This document shows positions 1 to 14,232 of a DNA stretch of 64,000 bases, in pieces (within the stretch, counting starts at the first letter, position 1; every line of letters begins with the position of its first letter). This DNA comes from Eledone cirrhosa (lineage: Eukaryota): the NCBI GenBank assembly GCA_964016885.1, contig OZ024743.1, forward strand, positions 252,898,001 to 252,962,000. Direction: 5' to 3'. The position numbers and the translations under genes were made by a program. Below the pieces are notes generated by a model, which searched no databases, had not been told where the DNA came from, and saw only the letters and a list, made by a program, of their open reading frames with translations.

Positions 1-1879
1 CAGGAATAAGTGAGTGAAGAAGAAGGAGGAGGAGGGTAAGTTATTCAGCTGGTTTTCTTAACATAACTTAATGGTTCTTATATGAAATTATGGTGGAAAG
101 ATTTTAGATGTATGTAAACACTTTAAAATATAGAGCCTGATATCCTAGGGCTGGTTTCAGATAGTTTGGTATTAAAGTCTTAATGGCATTTTACCTGTTG
201 AAGTAAGGACGAGCATTGTGTTTCCCATGATAGATTTCATATTGGTCATGGGGATTTGTATGAGTCAATGCTTTATAGTCAGATACCTTTCCTGGTGTCA
301 AACATTTTAGTCACCTCTTACAAAATGCAGGGATACAGTGTATTACACATATATATATATATAAAAATTAGAATTGGCGCTCTGAAATAGCTATATATAT
401 ATGAATGTATATATAGTGTATTTTGCAATACACTGTATGCTTCATTAAAAGCATTTCGAAGACCTTATGCTATTGTTTTAGAGTAGTGACAGACTTAGTA
501 TTGGTGATCTACATGATAAACACACCCAGTACATGCTGTAAAGTGATTGGTGATAGGAAGGGCATCCATCCTTATGAGGTTCATTGAACAAAAGGTTTGG
601 AAGACACTTCAGTCATGTGAAGGAAATGACAGCCTCCGCTGTGCATATGATAGAATGTCAGACTATATGTAAGTAAGATGCAAACTCTGAGCCTGCTTGG
701 TAGGTCAGTAGCCCTACTTTAGTACTGACTTGTAAGCCCATACAACACTTGCAAGCAGGGAAAGTGGGCCTTAAACAATGACCATGAAGATATATATGTG
801 TGTGGATATATATATATATATTATGTCAGTTTGCTCTTCAGTGCTCCTGGTAGCATGTAACCCAGTAAAACCTCTGCATGGTCAGGTCATTGGCGACTGC
901 ACCAGCAACCTCACTGAACTTGCTTGGTGAGGAGAGTGATTTTGGATGCCCTGCAGGATGAAAAACAAAACCCGTGAAAGGGTGGAGTAACTCAGGAGAG
1001 TCAACAGCCAACCAATAATTTCTTTTTTTTTTTTTCACTACGAGAGACTCTTAGTCTTCAATAAGACATCTCTCTAGGAGAAGGTCACTCGGATATAAAA
1101 GCTGTGAGTCCGTCTGCATCCAATGATGTAGACTTGTTTTTTTTTTGTGCAAATGCATTCAATGTTCAGATAGTGGGATTGGCCCTGTCCAAAGCCTTTC
1201 CTCACTTAAAAAAGTTTCAAGCTCAGACATCGCTTGATATATGACATTTTTTGCGATGCATTGTATTGCTGGCAATAGGCAACTCCCTAGCAAGACTAAA
1301 AAGCCTCATCCTTGATGCTCGTGCTTAAGTATCAACCGATCGTATTACTCAAAATCGAGTTGCAGCCATCATGTATATATATATATATATACACACACAT
1401 ACAAATATATACACATATATATTTTTATATGTGTATGTGGTTTTGTATTTGAATAACCTGCTATTCTCCATTAAGATTACCATTCTTTTAGATCTATAAA
1501 TAAGTTGGCTTTACTACTTTTTACCTTACTGAAATTTCATATTCACTTAGATAATGTATTATCTCTTAGGGTCTTTCCTCATATTTCATTACTTGCAAAT
1601 TATTCTAAAGAAAATAGAAATTTCTTTTTAAATGTGTTCCCAAGATACAGAAGCTCATATTGGAATTTATTTAAAGTCGTTTCAGTGCCGACTGCAAAGA
1701 TTTGTCTGAACTTAATTACATTTACTGTTGTGCTTGGGTTGTTCGGTGGAGCATTTGGTTTACACACCACCATCGCGACTGAGCTGTGTATTTAAATATA
1801 TTCTCTGAGCAGAAAATATGTATTGTAGTTTAATTTATCATGTTTTCTTAATATTTGTGCAGCTTAGAGATAGCCATTG

Positions 1880-2262
1880 GTAGGCACAATTGGCTGTGAC
1901 AGACAAAAATTGGCAGTGACATACACAACTGGAAATTGCATGTACAATTGGTGTTGAAAGGCTAAATTGGCCATGGCAAGCACAATTGGCAGTGAAAGGT
2001 TCATTTGGCAGTTACAGACTCAATTGACATTGGGTTGCACAATTGGTAGTGGCTGGAACATTTGGCAATGACCGGCACAAATGGCAGTTATGGGCACAGT
2101 TAGCAGTGGCAGGCTCAAATGGCAGTGATTGGCACATTTAGCAGTGGCAGAATCAAATGGCAGTGATTGGCAGTGGCAGGCACCATTGGCAATGACAGGT
2201 CCAGTTGGTAGTGACTGGTGCAATTGGCAGTGACAGGTACAATTGACAGTAATGGGCACAGT
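1880..2262. repeat. Degenerate ~20-bp tandem minisatellite (consensus ~ggcacaattggcagtgaca)
   Basis: Recurrent 'aattggcagtg' motif every ~20 nt. ORF 2020-2259 is a by-product. Confidence 0.8.
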
Positions 2263-5200
2263 TGAGCTATCTTGATTTTATTTTTTTACAGTGTAGTCAT
2301 TAAGATTCTTTTAGGGCTTCTAAAACTGGTGGGAAAGAGGGGAAAAATTAACCTTCAACTAGAGATCCAAAGTACAGGTTCTATTGTTAAACCAGGCCAC
2401 AGATGAAATCTATCACCCAAGTAGGCTATAATAGGATCAGAACCAATATCAAGCCTGTTCAATGCAGACCTGGCTTGGTTGGTCAGGAGAGGGCTTCAGA
2501 ACTTTCCAAGTAGACAGTAATTAAAGAAAATGTATAGTATGCTTGTATAAACTTTATTTTCTTTAAATAGAGAATGCAATCATTGAAAACTAGGTGGGTG
2601 GGAGATAGTGCCATCCAGATATACCCCAGCCCAATTCCCTGGAAATGGGTCTGACCAAAACCTAAAGACAGCAGGCAGAAATAACAGAAGGCATTTCCTC
2701 TCCTGTGGTGTTTTAAAAGTTTCATCAAATCCACCATGGATCATAAATTATGACAGTGATGTATATCAGCAAGAAATTGTATAAACTTTGAGTATAAACT
2801 AAATTTATATCTAAAACTTTCAGATTTTGCTGCTTGTCATCTTATATATATACATATATCCTGTTATAGAATCATTGACATGTATGGCTTCAATATGGAT
2901 ATAATATTAACTGTTGTTTGCCTATAAGCTTCAAACAGATTACAATATTGTCATAAACTGGGTCTCTCTGTCTGTTTGGTTGGTTAGTTGGTTGTTTGTT
3001 TGAATTAGCCGCTGTCAAACTGAAAAGTATCTCTTGTGATAAATGAGCTATCAAATAATTGCCTATTTAATTCACTGAACTAACAACTAACAGAATAGTA
3101 TGGTGATAAATTCTTCATTAGGAAACCTTAACCACAATTTCATTATCCACTATATTACATAATCTATCTATCTCTTTCTTCATGCTCCCTCTCTCCCTAT
3201 CTCCTTCCCTCTGTCTCTCTTTCTCTCGCTATCTCTTTATAATAATAATAATATCATCTCATAATCAAATCTATCTAATTTTCTTTTGTTACTTGCAAAA
3301 GCATTCTTCAAAAGTGATTTGGTGAGAACTGTTCCGGAAATAGATTGCTAATTTAAAATTATAGGCATAATACAAGCAATTATTGTCCAAAGGTGGCTGT
3401 ATTCCTGTTGAGATTAACAATGGAAACTGTCAGAGAATTTGTTGCAAGGAGAAAATTTAACAGCTAGAAAATTTGCATCTGTGAGTTTTTCATTGATTTC
3501 AATGACATTTACTTAGAATGTTTCTGTCTGAAACACGGCTATTTTATTGCTTGTATTCTTTACTTTTATTTGTCATATTTGCATTTTAAAACATCATCCA
3601 TTTTCTTCAAGTACCGTTTATGTCATTACTAATAGTATCTGAATTACCGGCACAGTAATACAACATTTAGTTCTCAGCAAATGCACAGTATGTTGCCTGG
3701 TTTCAATTATCGATGGAATCTAAGACTTTTCAGAAAGTAATTACTATTGGAAAATAATTCTACACTTCCTACTTGAAGTGTAAAACTTAATCCATTGCCC
3801 ACTTTAACAAATCCACTTGGTCCTTTGGCATCATTAATAGAGTCCCCTTGTTTGAAAGCATTTGGGCTATGTTACTGGTTTCAGGCAATCTCCATCTGTT
3901 CCTCCCATCAGTCTAAGAGGCTTGGAAAAATGACAGGGTCATGGGAGTTGCCTTTCCCTTCCTAAGAGGTAAAATATTAATACTGCTATTGTGCATGTCC
4001 TTTGAAGGCAGTAATCCAATGTGAATTTTCTGATATAGCTTTAGCCAGGATTTTTTAAATAAATGAAAGAAATATAAACTTATGATTAAATATAATTTTT
4101 GTATCTGTTTTGCAAAATTCTTATGTAAAACTGTGTGTTGAAACAGATATTGTTATACTTTAGGCAAGTCATGCTGCCAATAAAATCACATACACCAGTT
4201 GCGTTGGACTTCAGTTTATTATAAAATTAAATTGCCTTAGTGTGAGTGTGTGTCTGTGAAACATATAAACATATACGTACATATACACCAGGTCTGAACA
4301 CAAAAAATCAAACTCCCACTGTAACTGCTTCCATCTCTCCCACTCTCCCCATCTCTCACTCTTATGAGCAAATGGGCGCCCATGCGCTGACCACCCTGCA
4401 GCCCTGGCAGACAGGATATCAAATGAGTAACTAATTAATTCATCAATTAGTTTAGTAATTAGGTAGTTGTTTAATTGTTAATTGTCAGATGAGTAACAAT
4501 AGTCATTGAGAAATTGACAGGATGAGTGACAAAAGAGCTTTGTCAATTAAGAATTAAACTACCATATGGTGACTAAACTAACCATTGAATGGATTAGTTA
4601 TCTAAACTATAATAAAGGGAGGAGTGCGGGACTGCGTACGGTTTATAATTTTTTATCCCATTAGTAAAATAAGTTGGATTACTTTGAATAAATAATGAAT
4701 GAATATTACATAATTTATCTACTAAATTTTGTGGCTGTTGATTAAATATATTTTGTTTATTTAAAGATTCATTTCTTTAAAATTTCTGAAATGTCAACAC
4801 TTCCGGTTGGCGATCGCTTAAATAAACATACTAATTTTCTCCTAATGCAGTTCATATATAATATCGTCTTTTTTAATGTATCATGGATTATGTTACTGAT
4901 TAAATAAGACAGTGTAACACAGTCTTCGTTCAATGTCTATGTATTATATATTGTCAATTACGATTTTATTTGATGTATCATATCAACATGTAAATATACC
5001 TGAGTATAATATCAATATACACACTACACATGCTAGCAGAAAACCACCGAAAAAATGTTTTTTACCTGCTAGTTTAACTAACAATTAACCGAAGTGAAGT
5101 TCATCTTTAGCATGTGTTGTATGGACAGCATAACCCTCCCACATTATTAGAATATAATGTAATTTTTTATCAGAAGACATAATTTCTACTAAACTCCTTT

Positions 5201-5459
5201 TATTTTTTTCTTGATAAAAATCAACAGTTTAAAATATTATGGAGCCATATATTTATTGTGAACATATGCTGCATAGTGTTTAAGGTGATTAGCTCACAGT
5301 CATAAGTTCAATTCATAGATTAGACAGCATATTGTGTCCTTGAATAAGACACGTTGTAGGGAGTCTCATACACACAGTTACTAAACACTAAAGGAACCAG
5401 TATCAGCTCTCACCTGATGGATCTCTGGACTTCAGAATATTTTATCTTTTTTAATAGTC

Positions 5460-5646
5460 TTATTATTGTTATAATTGCTACTACTGTTGTCATTGTTGTT
5501 GGTGGTGGTACTGTTGTATTCGATGCTGTTGTTACTGTTGTTCCTGTATTCAATGCTGGTGATGTTGCTGTATATGATGATGCTGTTGTTTTTGTTGCTG
5601 CTACTGCTGCTGTACATGACGTTATTGTTGTTGTTGTTTCTGCATC

Positions 5647-5677
<31 letters not shown>

Positions 5678-5740
5678 GCTACATATGATGCTGTTGTATC
5701 TGTTTCTGTATATGATGCTGTGTTTGATGTTGCTATATAT
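5460..5740. repeat. Trinucleotide low-complexity tract (GTT/GCT/GAT)n
   Basis: Direct reading. Produces poly-V/L/T/N pseudo-ORFs in four frames. Confidence 0.9.
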
Positions 5741-6209
5741 GATAAACACATGCAGACTTTTGTTATTCCAGTAGTAATATGAGATAAAGGAAAATATCTA
5801 ATTCAAATATATTATGTCCAATATGATATTAAATATATCCAGTTCCTGCTTTATATCTATATCCCTGTGTTTTAATCAGCACCCCTTCCACTTGCTCTAC
5901 TTGTCTTTCTTTCTTTTTATAAATCAATCTATTTACCTCAATTCCTAAGTCACTGCCTCAGCCTTACTACATGATTATCCATCTATCTATATCTATCTAA
6001 CTTTCAGTCAATCTATCTCTGTCTCTCTATCTCTATTAACTATGTCAATCTGCCTCTCTAACTAACTCACTCTATATATATCTATGTCAATCTAGCTCTC
6101 TTATGAACTGTCTCTCCTCTTTATACCTATGTCAATCTACTACTCTAATTTTGAAAATAAAGAATTTGGAGGGATTTAATAATATAACTAACTTTCTCAA
6201 TATTAAGCT

Positions 6210-6420
6210 CGTGGATTAGCAGTAGAGTGTCGGACAAAAAGCTTTGCAAAAAGTATTTATGGCTTTCTATGTTCTGAGTCCAAATCCTGCCAAGGCCAAC
6301 TTTGCCATTCATCCTCCCAGAGTCAATAAAACAAGTACCATTTAAATACTTAGGTCAATATGATTGTTATTTCCACTATCACCGAGTTGCTCACTGTGTT
6401 AATGTTAGAAAGAATAATTA
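6210..6420 (+). mobile_element. Diverged tRNA-derived SINE
   Basis: A-box-like 'ttagcagtagagtg', B-box-like 'gagtccaaatcc', and core 'aactttgccattcatcc...aataaaacaagtacc' shared with better copies elsewhere in the window. Confidence 0.6.
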
Positions 6421-7561
6421 AGCTGGTGTTTGGAACATAACAAATTTTATTACATACAATTAAGATGGAAGCTTTTTAGATAAATATTTTTCTCTGGTTT
6501 AGATTTGGTACACCATATCTCTGCATGTTGTAAGAGGCAACTAAAAATGTTAGTGCCAGGTAGAGCATCGAGTTGTAAAACATTGTGTCCTGTCCAACCC
6601 CCGTGAAAATGATAAACACTTTATAACAAATAGCTTTCTATCACAGAACCAAACCAAGTTTCAAATATGTTAACCAATATGTAGTAGCTACAGTCTTTTT
6701 AAAACTCAATCTCATTAAAAAAAAAACAAACACCAAAATAATAATCACACAATTCTGATGTAAGATTTTCTCCAAATATTACTTAATTTCACAGCAAACT
6801 TTATCTTTCATCTAGCTAGGGTCAATAAAATAAAGTACCAGTTAAGTACTGTTGAAAAAAATTCCAAAGTCTTTCTCAATCTTGGAGGTTCATTAGGCTG
6901 GCTCTTATCTCAGGAACCTTGGTGTTAAGTAACTGAGAAGATAAAATTCCCCTGGGACAGGATACCAGTCATCAGTAGGGTCAAATGCAGTGTTTTACTC
7001 AATGTCAAATGAAGTGTTTTGCTCAAGAAGACAACACAAAACAGAGCCCAGGAATCGTAAGTCCCACACCCTAACCCCAATGTCACATACCTTCACATAA
7101 ACTGCTGTTAATATAATCGACTTTCTCCTTTTCCAAAAATGTTAGAAAGAATTATTTGTAACATAAGGTTTCTCACATGAAGTTATACAGTTTTCTATAA
7201 CAGAACTAAAGTTGATTTCAGCAGGATTAGTATCAAAAAGATTAATCAGGATCTAGTAGCGACAACCTTAAACTTCCCTGCCACACAGAAAGCAACACAT
7301 CTGGCTAATATATAGTACAATTATCACACAATTTTTGTTGAAGATATTGTCTATACATATTTCATATTCCACAGCCACTAATTCTGCATAATACCTTAGT
7401 GATATGAAGTGATCCAAACTGAACCTCCTAATGTAGTTCCTGAGTGATAATACTACAGGCTATTGTTAGATATATCCCAGCTTAACAGTTGGATTGATAT
7501 TTGTCAACTTAAAGACAAAATGAAACTCAGCTAAGGATACAATTATCTCTAAGTTAATTGC

Positions 7562-7601
<40 letters not shown>

Positions 7602-7665
7602 CAAGCAGGGAAAAGCGGACGTAAAATGATGATGATGATATATATATACGTATATATATATATAT

Positions 7666-9382
7666 ATATTGTTATACTTGGGGAGGGTCTTATTTTGTGT
7701 AATATTGCCAGAATTAATAACAGAACACACTCACTGTTTGGTTGGTTTTCGCTTCTCGCTTCTGTGTCTTTTATATCGGTAATCTAACTTACTCGGTCCT
7801 CAATGTTGCCATTGACTGACCGACGGTCAAAAATAATACAGATACAATATAGACACAAACACATACATATAGTTTATCATAAATCTTTCGTTGCACATCT
7901 GCAACATCGTCAGTGGTGTTATATTTTCCTCCTGTTGTATTGTATGTCTACGCCATTTTTATTCAGTCTGTCTATATATTTATTTATTTATTTGCTTGTT
8001 TGTTTATTTTATTTTGTCATCTTTGCGCATACGTTTGCGTGTGTGTATAGTGTTTTGTTTGCTGTGTGATGGGTGACTAGTGTGTGTTTATGTGCTTGTT
8101 GTTATTGTGCTTGTGTATGTATTTATTTATTTATTTATTTATTTTATTTTATTTACTTATTTATACTTCTCTTAGGTCAGTGTTGTTTGTTTGGGTGTTG
8201 TTGTTATTCCATTCATTCTTTCTGTTTAGCCTTGGTCTTCTAATTTCTATTTCACTGGCCTCTCTGATTTGCATATCTGCTGGGTCATTTCTACGTCTAG
8301 ATATTATTCTAATTTCTATGTTGTCTATGTTACCGTCATGTTGTTGTCTAGCATGTTCGTATAGTACTGACCCGTTTTTTCGTCCTTTTAGTTCCCCCGA
8401 GTGTTGGTCTATCCTTTCACCTATGCTACGAGCTGTCTCACCTATTTATGTTGTTGTCATGTTTCTGCAAGTACTCTCTGTACATCTTATGCTATAGACT
8501 ACATCTCTAGTTTTACAGTTTATCCGTGGGTTCACCTTACATATGATACATTTCCTATTGGTACAGTGCGTTTTCTTAAAAGGGTAGGTTTTGCTGATCA
8601 GGGATTTTATGGTGGTTCCTGGCTTTTCTACCACCTTTATTTTTAAGTGGGTCTTTCTCAGGGCCTTTCTACACTGGTTAGCTAATTTCCCTCCAGTGAT
8701 AGCGTCCACAAACATGACACTCTGGTATCTCTGGTTGTCGTACCATGAGGTGGCTTTCCCTATCTTATGTCTAGCCCTATCTAAGCTATTTCATGATTTG
8801 CTCCTGTATAATGGGCAAATTCCTTTCATGTCCAGCTCTATGAGGGTCTTATACTTTTCCATGGCTCCTTCGTATACTCTGACTCTGTCTCTTTGGTTGT
8901 AGCCAGAGAACTGCATGCGGTTGATGAAGTGTTGGATGTGTCTTTCCATTTCTGTTGGGTCGCACATGCGGGACACATTCTTCATCACTCGTACCAAATC
9001 TGCGATCAGAATATTAAACTTAGCACTACTAGACATTGCTGAGTTTTTGAGTATCAGGTATTTGGAGGCCATGGGTTTAGCATAGTGTGAGTAGAGAATT
9101 TTGGCTCTCTCGTCTATAGTGTTAATCCAGAGTTCTGTGTCAAATACAGGTAGTCTATTGTTAGGGTGTTTGGAAGGGAAGTCGATAGTTACAGTTATAC
9201 TCTAGTGTATGGAATTAGCTATCTGCTGGATGCTTTCCATCGTGCTACGTTCTAAATCAAACTTGTTAGTGCTCTCTAGTGGGGGTGTTCTTATAACTAT
9301 ATTGATATCGTCTACATAACGAGAGTACATGATGAGGTCTATGGAGCTCTCATTAAGGAGATCTTTAAGTCTCCTTTCCCAT
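7666..9382 (-). mobile_element. Inverted 3' copy (RT C-terminus, GIY-YIG, pLTR) of the adjacent Penelope-like element
   Basis: Reverse complement of ~12175-13850. ORFs 8084-8497 and 8591-8902 mirror 13038-13451 and 12634-12945 almost exactly. Confidence 0.93.
7875..7919 (-). ncRNA. Minimal type I hammerhead ribozyme (PLE pLTR copy 1)
   Basis: Minus strand reads cca-CTGACGA-t-gttgca(gatg)tgcaac-GAAA-gatt-TA-tga. Confidence 0.75.
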
Positions 9383-9520
9383 TCTGATCGCAGATTTGGT
9401 ACGAGTGATGAAGAATGTGTGCCGCATGTGCGACCCAACAGAAATGGAAAGACACATCCAACACTTCATCAACCGCATGCAGTTCTCTGGCTACAACCAA
9501 AGAGACAGGAGGAAAATATA

Positions 9521-9565
9521 ACACCACTGACGATGTTGCAGATGTGCAACGAAAGATTTATGATA
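9521..9565 (+). ncRNA. Minimal type I hammerhead ribozyme (5' pLTR)
   Basis: CTGACGA at 9527, stem II gttgca/tgcaac, GAAA, self-complementary AGATTT stem III (G-U allowed), TA site. Stem I is weak (ca/tg). Confidence 0.75.
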
Positions 9566-9747
9566 AACTATATATATGTGTTTGTGTCTATATTGTATCT
9601 GTATTATTTTTGACCGTCGGTCAGTCAATGGCAACATTGAGGAACGAGTAAGTTAGATTACCGATATAAAAGACACAGAAGCGAGAAGCGAAAACCAACC
9701 AAACAGTGAGTGTGTTCTGTTATTAATTCTGGCAATATTACACAAAT

Positions 9748-12700
9748 ATGACCCTCCCCAAGTATAACAATATTTGTTTCGACACAGGATTTCATATAAA
9801 AAACCTCGCAAAACTAATCCATCGTCGCTATGGCATTAGCTTGTGCCAAGCTGAAAGGTTATTGAAAGACACTGTTTTCTGTTATATAAAAACTACAATA
9901 ACAACAGAACAAATCCGCTTCTTAAAACACTGTGTTTCCTCCAAAATATACACAACAAACATATCGAAACAAGTAAATAATTTATTATTGAACAAAACAC
10001 AAGCCGAACGACTAAAACACACAATAACAGTTAATATGAAAAGAACAACATACACAAAAGTCAACGCACTTTACAGACAGAAACGCATTAACGGTAAGGA
10101 AATCCGAAATCTCATCACAGCAAACGAGAGAGATAACTTCATGAGCGTCATCCGACGTGAAACGAAATACGCTCGAAACGAATGCAATAGGCATTTTAAT
10201 AAGAAATTAGAATGGATGAATAAGAAAAAACTACAAGAAAGGAAAATCTAATATTCTCAAAAATACCCAGATAACATCGACAATATCCGTATGACTGATG
10301 TAAAACTACCGGAAGAATTTACCAATGACCACACAGTAAATATCTATGGGAACACTTTAATCAGTGAACAAGAACAACAAATCCTGCGGCTACCACCAAA
10401 ATTTGCCATCTACAAAAAGATTAACCCTATGGAGTGCAAAGCGGGACTGGAAAAGTGTTTCACAAAAATACGTTGGAATGCAAAGGTAAACAACAACAAC
10501 AACAACAATAATAACGGTAGTAGTAATATAAACAATAACTCTGAGTATAGAAATAACAGCCATAACTATAACAATAGCAGGAAAGTGAGAAATAGTGATA
10601 ATGGTAATAATACTAGCGATAGACAGAACAACAACCACAATAATATTAATAATAGAAACATTAACCACAGACACAGCAGCAGCGACCACAGTAGTAATAA
10701 AGGTAACAATACGAACAACAACAACAATAACCACAGTGGTAATAATGGAAATAGTACATGTAGCAACATCAATGATAGACAACAAAAACAAGAAACATAA
10801 TAAAAGTAACAACCACAATGGTAGAAATAACAGTAACAACAACAACAATAACGGTGAAGTAAACAACAATACATCTAGCAATCATAACAATAATAATAAT
10901 GCTAATGATAGAAACAACAACAACCACCATGATAACAATAATAGCAACACACACAACTATGACGATAGATATAATGACAACCCCTATTTTTCAACCCAGC
11001 TGACAAAACATATAAGATGGGTAATATCTATCCTACGAGGTTACCCTTTAATAAAAGAGTTTGCATACCACAACAAATAGATGACGAGACAGAGGCACAG
11101 TTCACCATAGCTAGAAATAAGATTAGACACATAGTAGACACGTATACTAAGAGTCAGAGCAGACCAGAGGCCCTACAACTTGGGAGGAAACCTGTAGAAG
11201 GCTTGGTTAGCCTCAAGCAGCGCACAAGGGATGGTGAGGTAGTATGTCTACTCACGGATAAGTCTGGTAGGATGTCAATAGATAGCATGCCGAACTACAT
11301 CGAGGCTATGCAACCCCACATCACCAACACGAGCGAAATTGCACAACAAACACACGATGGGAGAGAGAAAATCCTCAACGCTCACATGATGATGTGGACT
11401 GACATCCTAAAGCCAAGCAGACGCACTGCCAACAACTTCCAGGCGTCTAACAATGGCATACCACCCTTGTATGGGCTTCGCAAAGACCACAAGACAGTCG
11501 ACGACCCGACAACAGGACCACCAACAAGACCCGTATGCGAGCTAATATAGCTAGCAACTACAGGATCTCCTACTTCCTCTCAATGGTTATACGCCCCATA
11601 ATGAAGATGCCCCCAGATGTATGTGACAGTACAGAGGACTCCTCAGCAGAATCAGTGAGTGCAACAAAAACAGGAGCCTATCCAACTGCATAATAGGCAG
11701 CATGGATGTGGTGTCACTGTACCCATCCATTAACATTGATTTTGCTGTGAAAAGATGTGTGGAGATGATCATTGAGAGTGAGGTGGAGTTCTGCGACGTC
11801 GACACAGACGAACTGGGCCTCCTACTTAGACTTACCTACGACACTGAGTACCTAGACAGCCATGACCTTAGATGTTTCTGCCCTAGTAGACCTATAAGAG
11901 GTAGACCCGTCACCATAACCTCAATGGCAAATAAGACTCCCATGGGAAGGTGGATTGGGTGGACCAAAGCTATACGGACCCCCCAAAACAATGATCAGGT
12001 AAGAAAAATGGTCGCACATGCAATAGGGGCTAGTATCAAAACTACCCTAAAGGGCCACATATTTAAGTTCAACGAGAAGATCTACACCCAAAATGAGGGA
12101 GCAGCCATCGGCGTCAGCATAGCTGGTGATGTTGCCAACCTTTTCATGGTATGGTGGGAAACGAGACATGAAGATCTCCTTAATGAGAGCTCCATAGACC
12201 TCATCATGTACTCTCGTTATGTAGACGATATCAATATAGTTATAAGAACACCCCCACTAGAGAGCACTAACAAGTTTGATTTAGAACGTAGCACGATGGA
12301 AAGCATCCAACAGATAGCTATTTCCATACACCAGAGTATAACTGTAACTATCGACTTCCCTTCCAAACACCCTAACAATAGACTACCTGTATTTGACACA
12401 GAACTCTGGATTAACACTATAGACGAGAGAGCCAAAATTCTCCACTCACACTGTGCTAAACCCATAGCCTCCAAATACCTGATACTCAAAAACTCAGCAA
12501 TGTCCAGTAGTGCTAAGTTTAATGTTCTGATCGCGGATTTGGTACGAGTGATGAAGAATGTGTCCCGCATGTGCGACCCAACAGAAATGAAAAGACACAT
12601 CCAACACTTCATCAACCGCATGCAGTTCGCTGGCTACAACCAAAGAGACAGAGTCAGAGTATACGAAGGAGCCATGGAAAAGTATAAGACCCTCATAGAA

Positions 12701-13374
12701 CTGGACATGAAAGGAATTTGCCCATTATACAGGAGCAAATCATGGAATAGCTTAGATAGGGCTAGACATAAGATAGGGAAAGCCACCTCATGGTACGACA
12801 ACCAGAGATACCAGAGTGTCATGTTTGTGGACGCTACCACTGGAGGGAAATTAGCTAACCAGTGTAGAAAAGCCCTGAGAAAGACCCACTTAAAAATAAA
12901 GGTGGTAAAAAAGACAGGAACCACCATAAAATCCCTGATCAGCAAAACCTACCCTTTTAAGAAAACCCACTGTACCAATAGGAAATGTATCATATGTAAG
13001 GTGAACCCCGGATAAACTGTAAAACTAGAAACGTAGTCTATAGCATAAGATGTACAGAGAGTACTTGCAGAAACATGACAACAACATACATAGGTGAGAC
13101 AGCTCGTAGCATAGGTGAAAGGATAGACCAACACTGGGGGGAACTAAAAGGACGAAAAAACGGGTCAGTACTATACGAACATGCTAGACAACAACATGAC
13201 GGTAACATAGACAACATAGAAATTAGAATAATATCTAAACATATAAATGACCCAGCAGATAGGCAAATCAGAGAGGCCAGTGAAATAGAAATTAGAAGAC
13301 CAAGGCTAAACAGAAAGAATGAATGGAATAACAACAACACCCAAACAAACAACACTGACCTAAGAGAAGTATAA
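9748..13374 (+). pseudogene. Disrupted PLE ORF: N-terminal domain, Asn-rich insert, reverse transcriptase, Cys linker, GIY-YIG endonuclease
   Basis: Motifs TDKSGR, PPLYGLRKDHK..PTRPV, MDVVSLYPSI, YTQNEGAAIG, YSRYVDD, HCTNRKCIIC, VVYSIRC..TYIGETAR..ERIDQH. Split by a stop at 10249 and several frameshifts. Confidence 0.92.
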
Positions 13375-13615
13375 ATAAGTAAATAAAATAAAATAAATAA
13401 ATAAATAAATAAATACATACACAAGCACAATAACAACAAGCACATACACACACACTAGTCACCCATCACACAGCAAACAAAACACTATACACACACGCAA
13501 ACGTATGCGCAAAGATGACAAAATAAAATAAACAAACAAGCAAATAAATAAATAAATATATAGACAGACTGAATAAAAATGGCGTAGACATACAATACAA
13601 CAGGAGGAAAATATA

Positions 13616-13660
13616 ACACCACTGACGATGTTGCAGATGTGCAACGAAAGATTTATGATA
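13616..13660 (+). ncRNA. Minimal type I hammerhead ribozyme (3' pLTR)
   Basis: Same sequence as 9521-9565. CTGACGA at 13622. Confidence 0.75.
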
Positions 13661-14068
13661 AACTATATATATGTGTTTGTGTCTATATTGTATCTGTATC
13701 ATTTTTGGCAACATTGAGGACCGAGTAAGTTAGATTACCGATATAAAAGACACAGAAGCGAGAAGCGAAAACCAACCAAACAGTGAGTGTGTTCTGTTAT
13801 TAATTCTGGCAATATTACACGAATATGACCCTCCCCAAGTATAACAATATTTGTTTCGACACACGATTTCATATAAAAAACCTCGCAAAACTAATTCATC
13901 GCCGCTATATATATATATATATATTAGTTTAGCGAGGTTTTTTATTAATTCTGGCAATATTACACAAATATGACCCTCCCCAAGTATAATATATATATAT
14001 ACATATATAGATAGATAGATAGATATAGATATATGTATACATACATATCTACATCTCTGTCTGTGTGT

Positions 14069-14147
<79 letters not shown>

Positions 14148-14192
14148 GATACATGACATACCCTGAGATGTTAAATGACTACTACCTTGATT

Positions 14193-14232
<40 letters not shown>

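Larger units (their letters stand above)
9383..13990 (+). mobile_element. Penelope-like retroelement (near full length, pseudo-LTRs at ~9505-9830 and ~13600-13905)
   Basis: Direct terminal repeats carrying a hammerhead. RT and GIY-YIG motifs lie between them. The composite 7666-13990 is flanked by (TA)n. Confidence 0.93.

Noticed and set aside
1505-1795. 96-aa ORF
   Set aside because: No recognisable motif, TTG start, and a length expected by chance.
5410-5782. Poly-T/V/L/N ORFs
   Set aside because: Trinucleotide low-complexity tract open in several frames.
9748-13374. Possible selenocysteine or programmed recoding of the PLE ORF
   Set aside because: The interruptions are TAA/TAG stops and frameshifts, some differing between the two copies. 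This is ordinary decay, with no in-frame TGA pattern.
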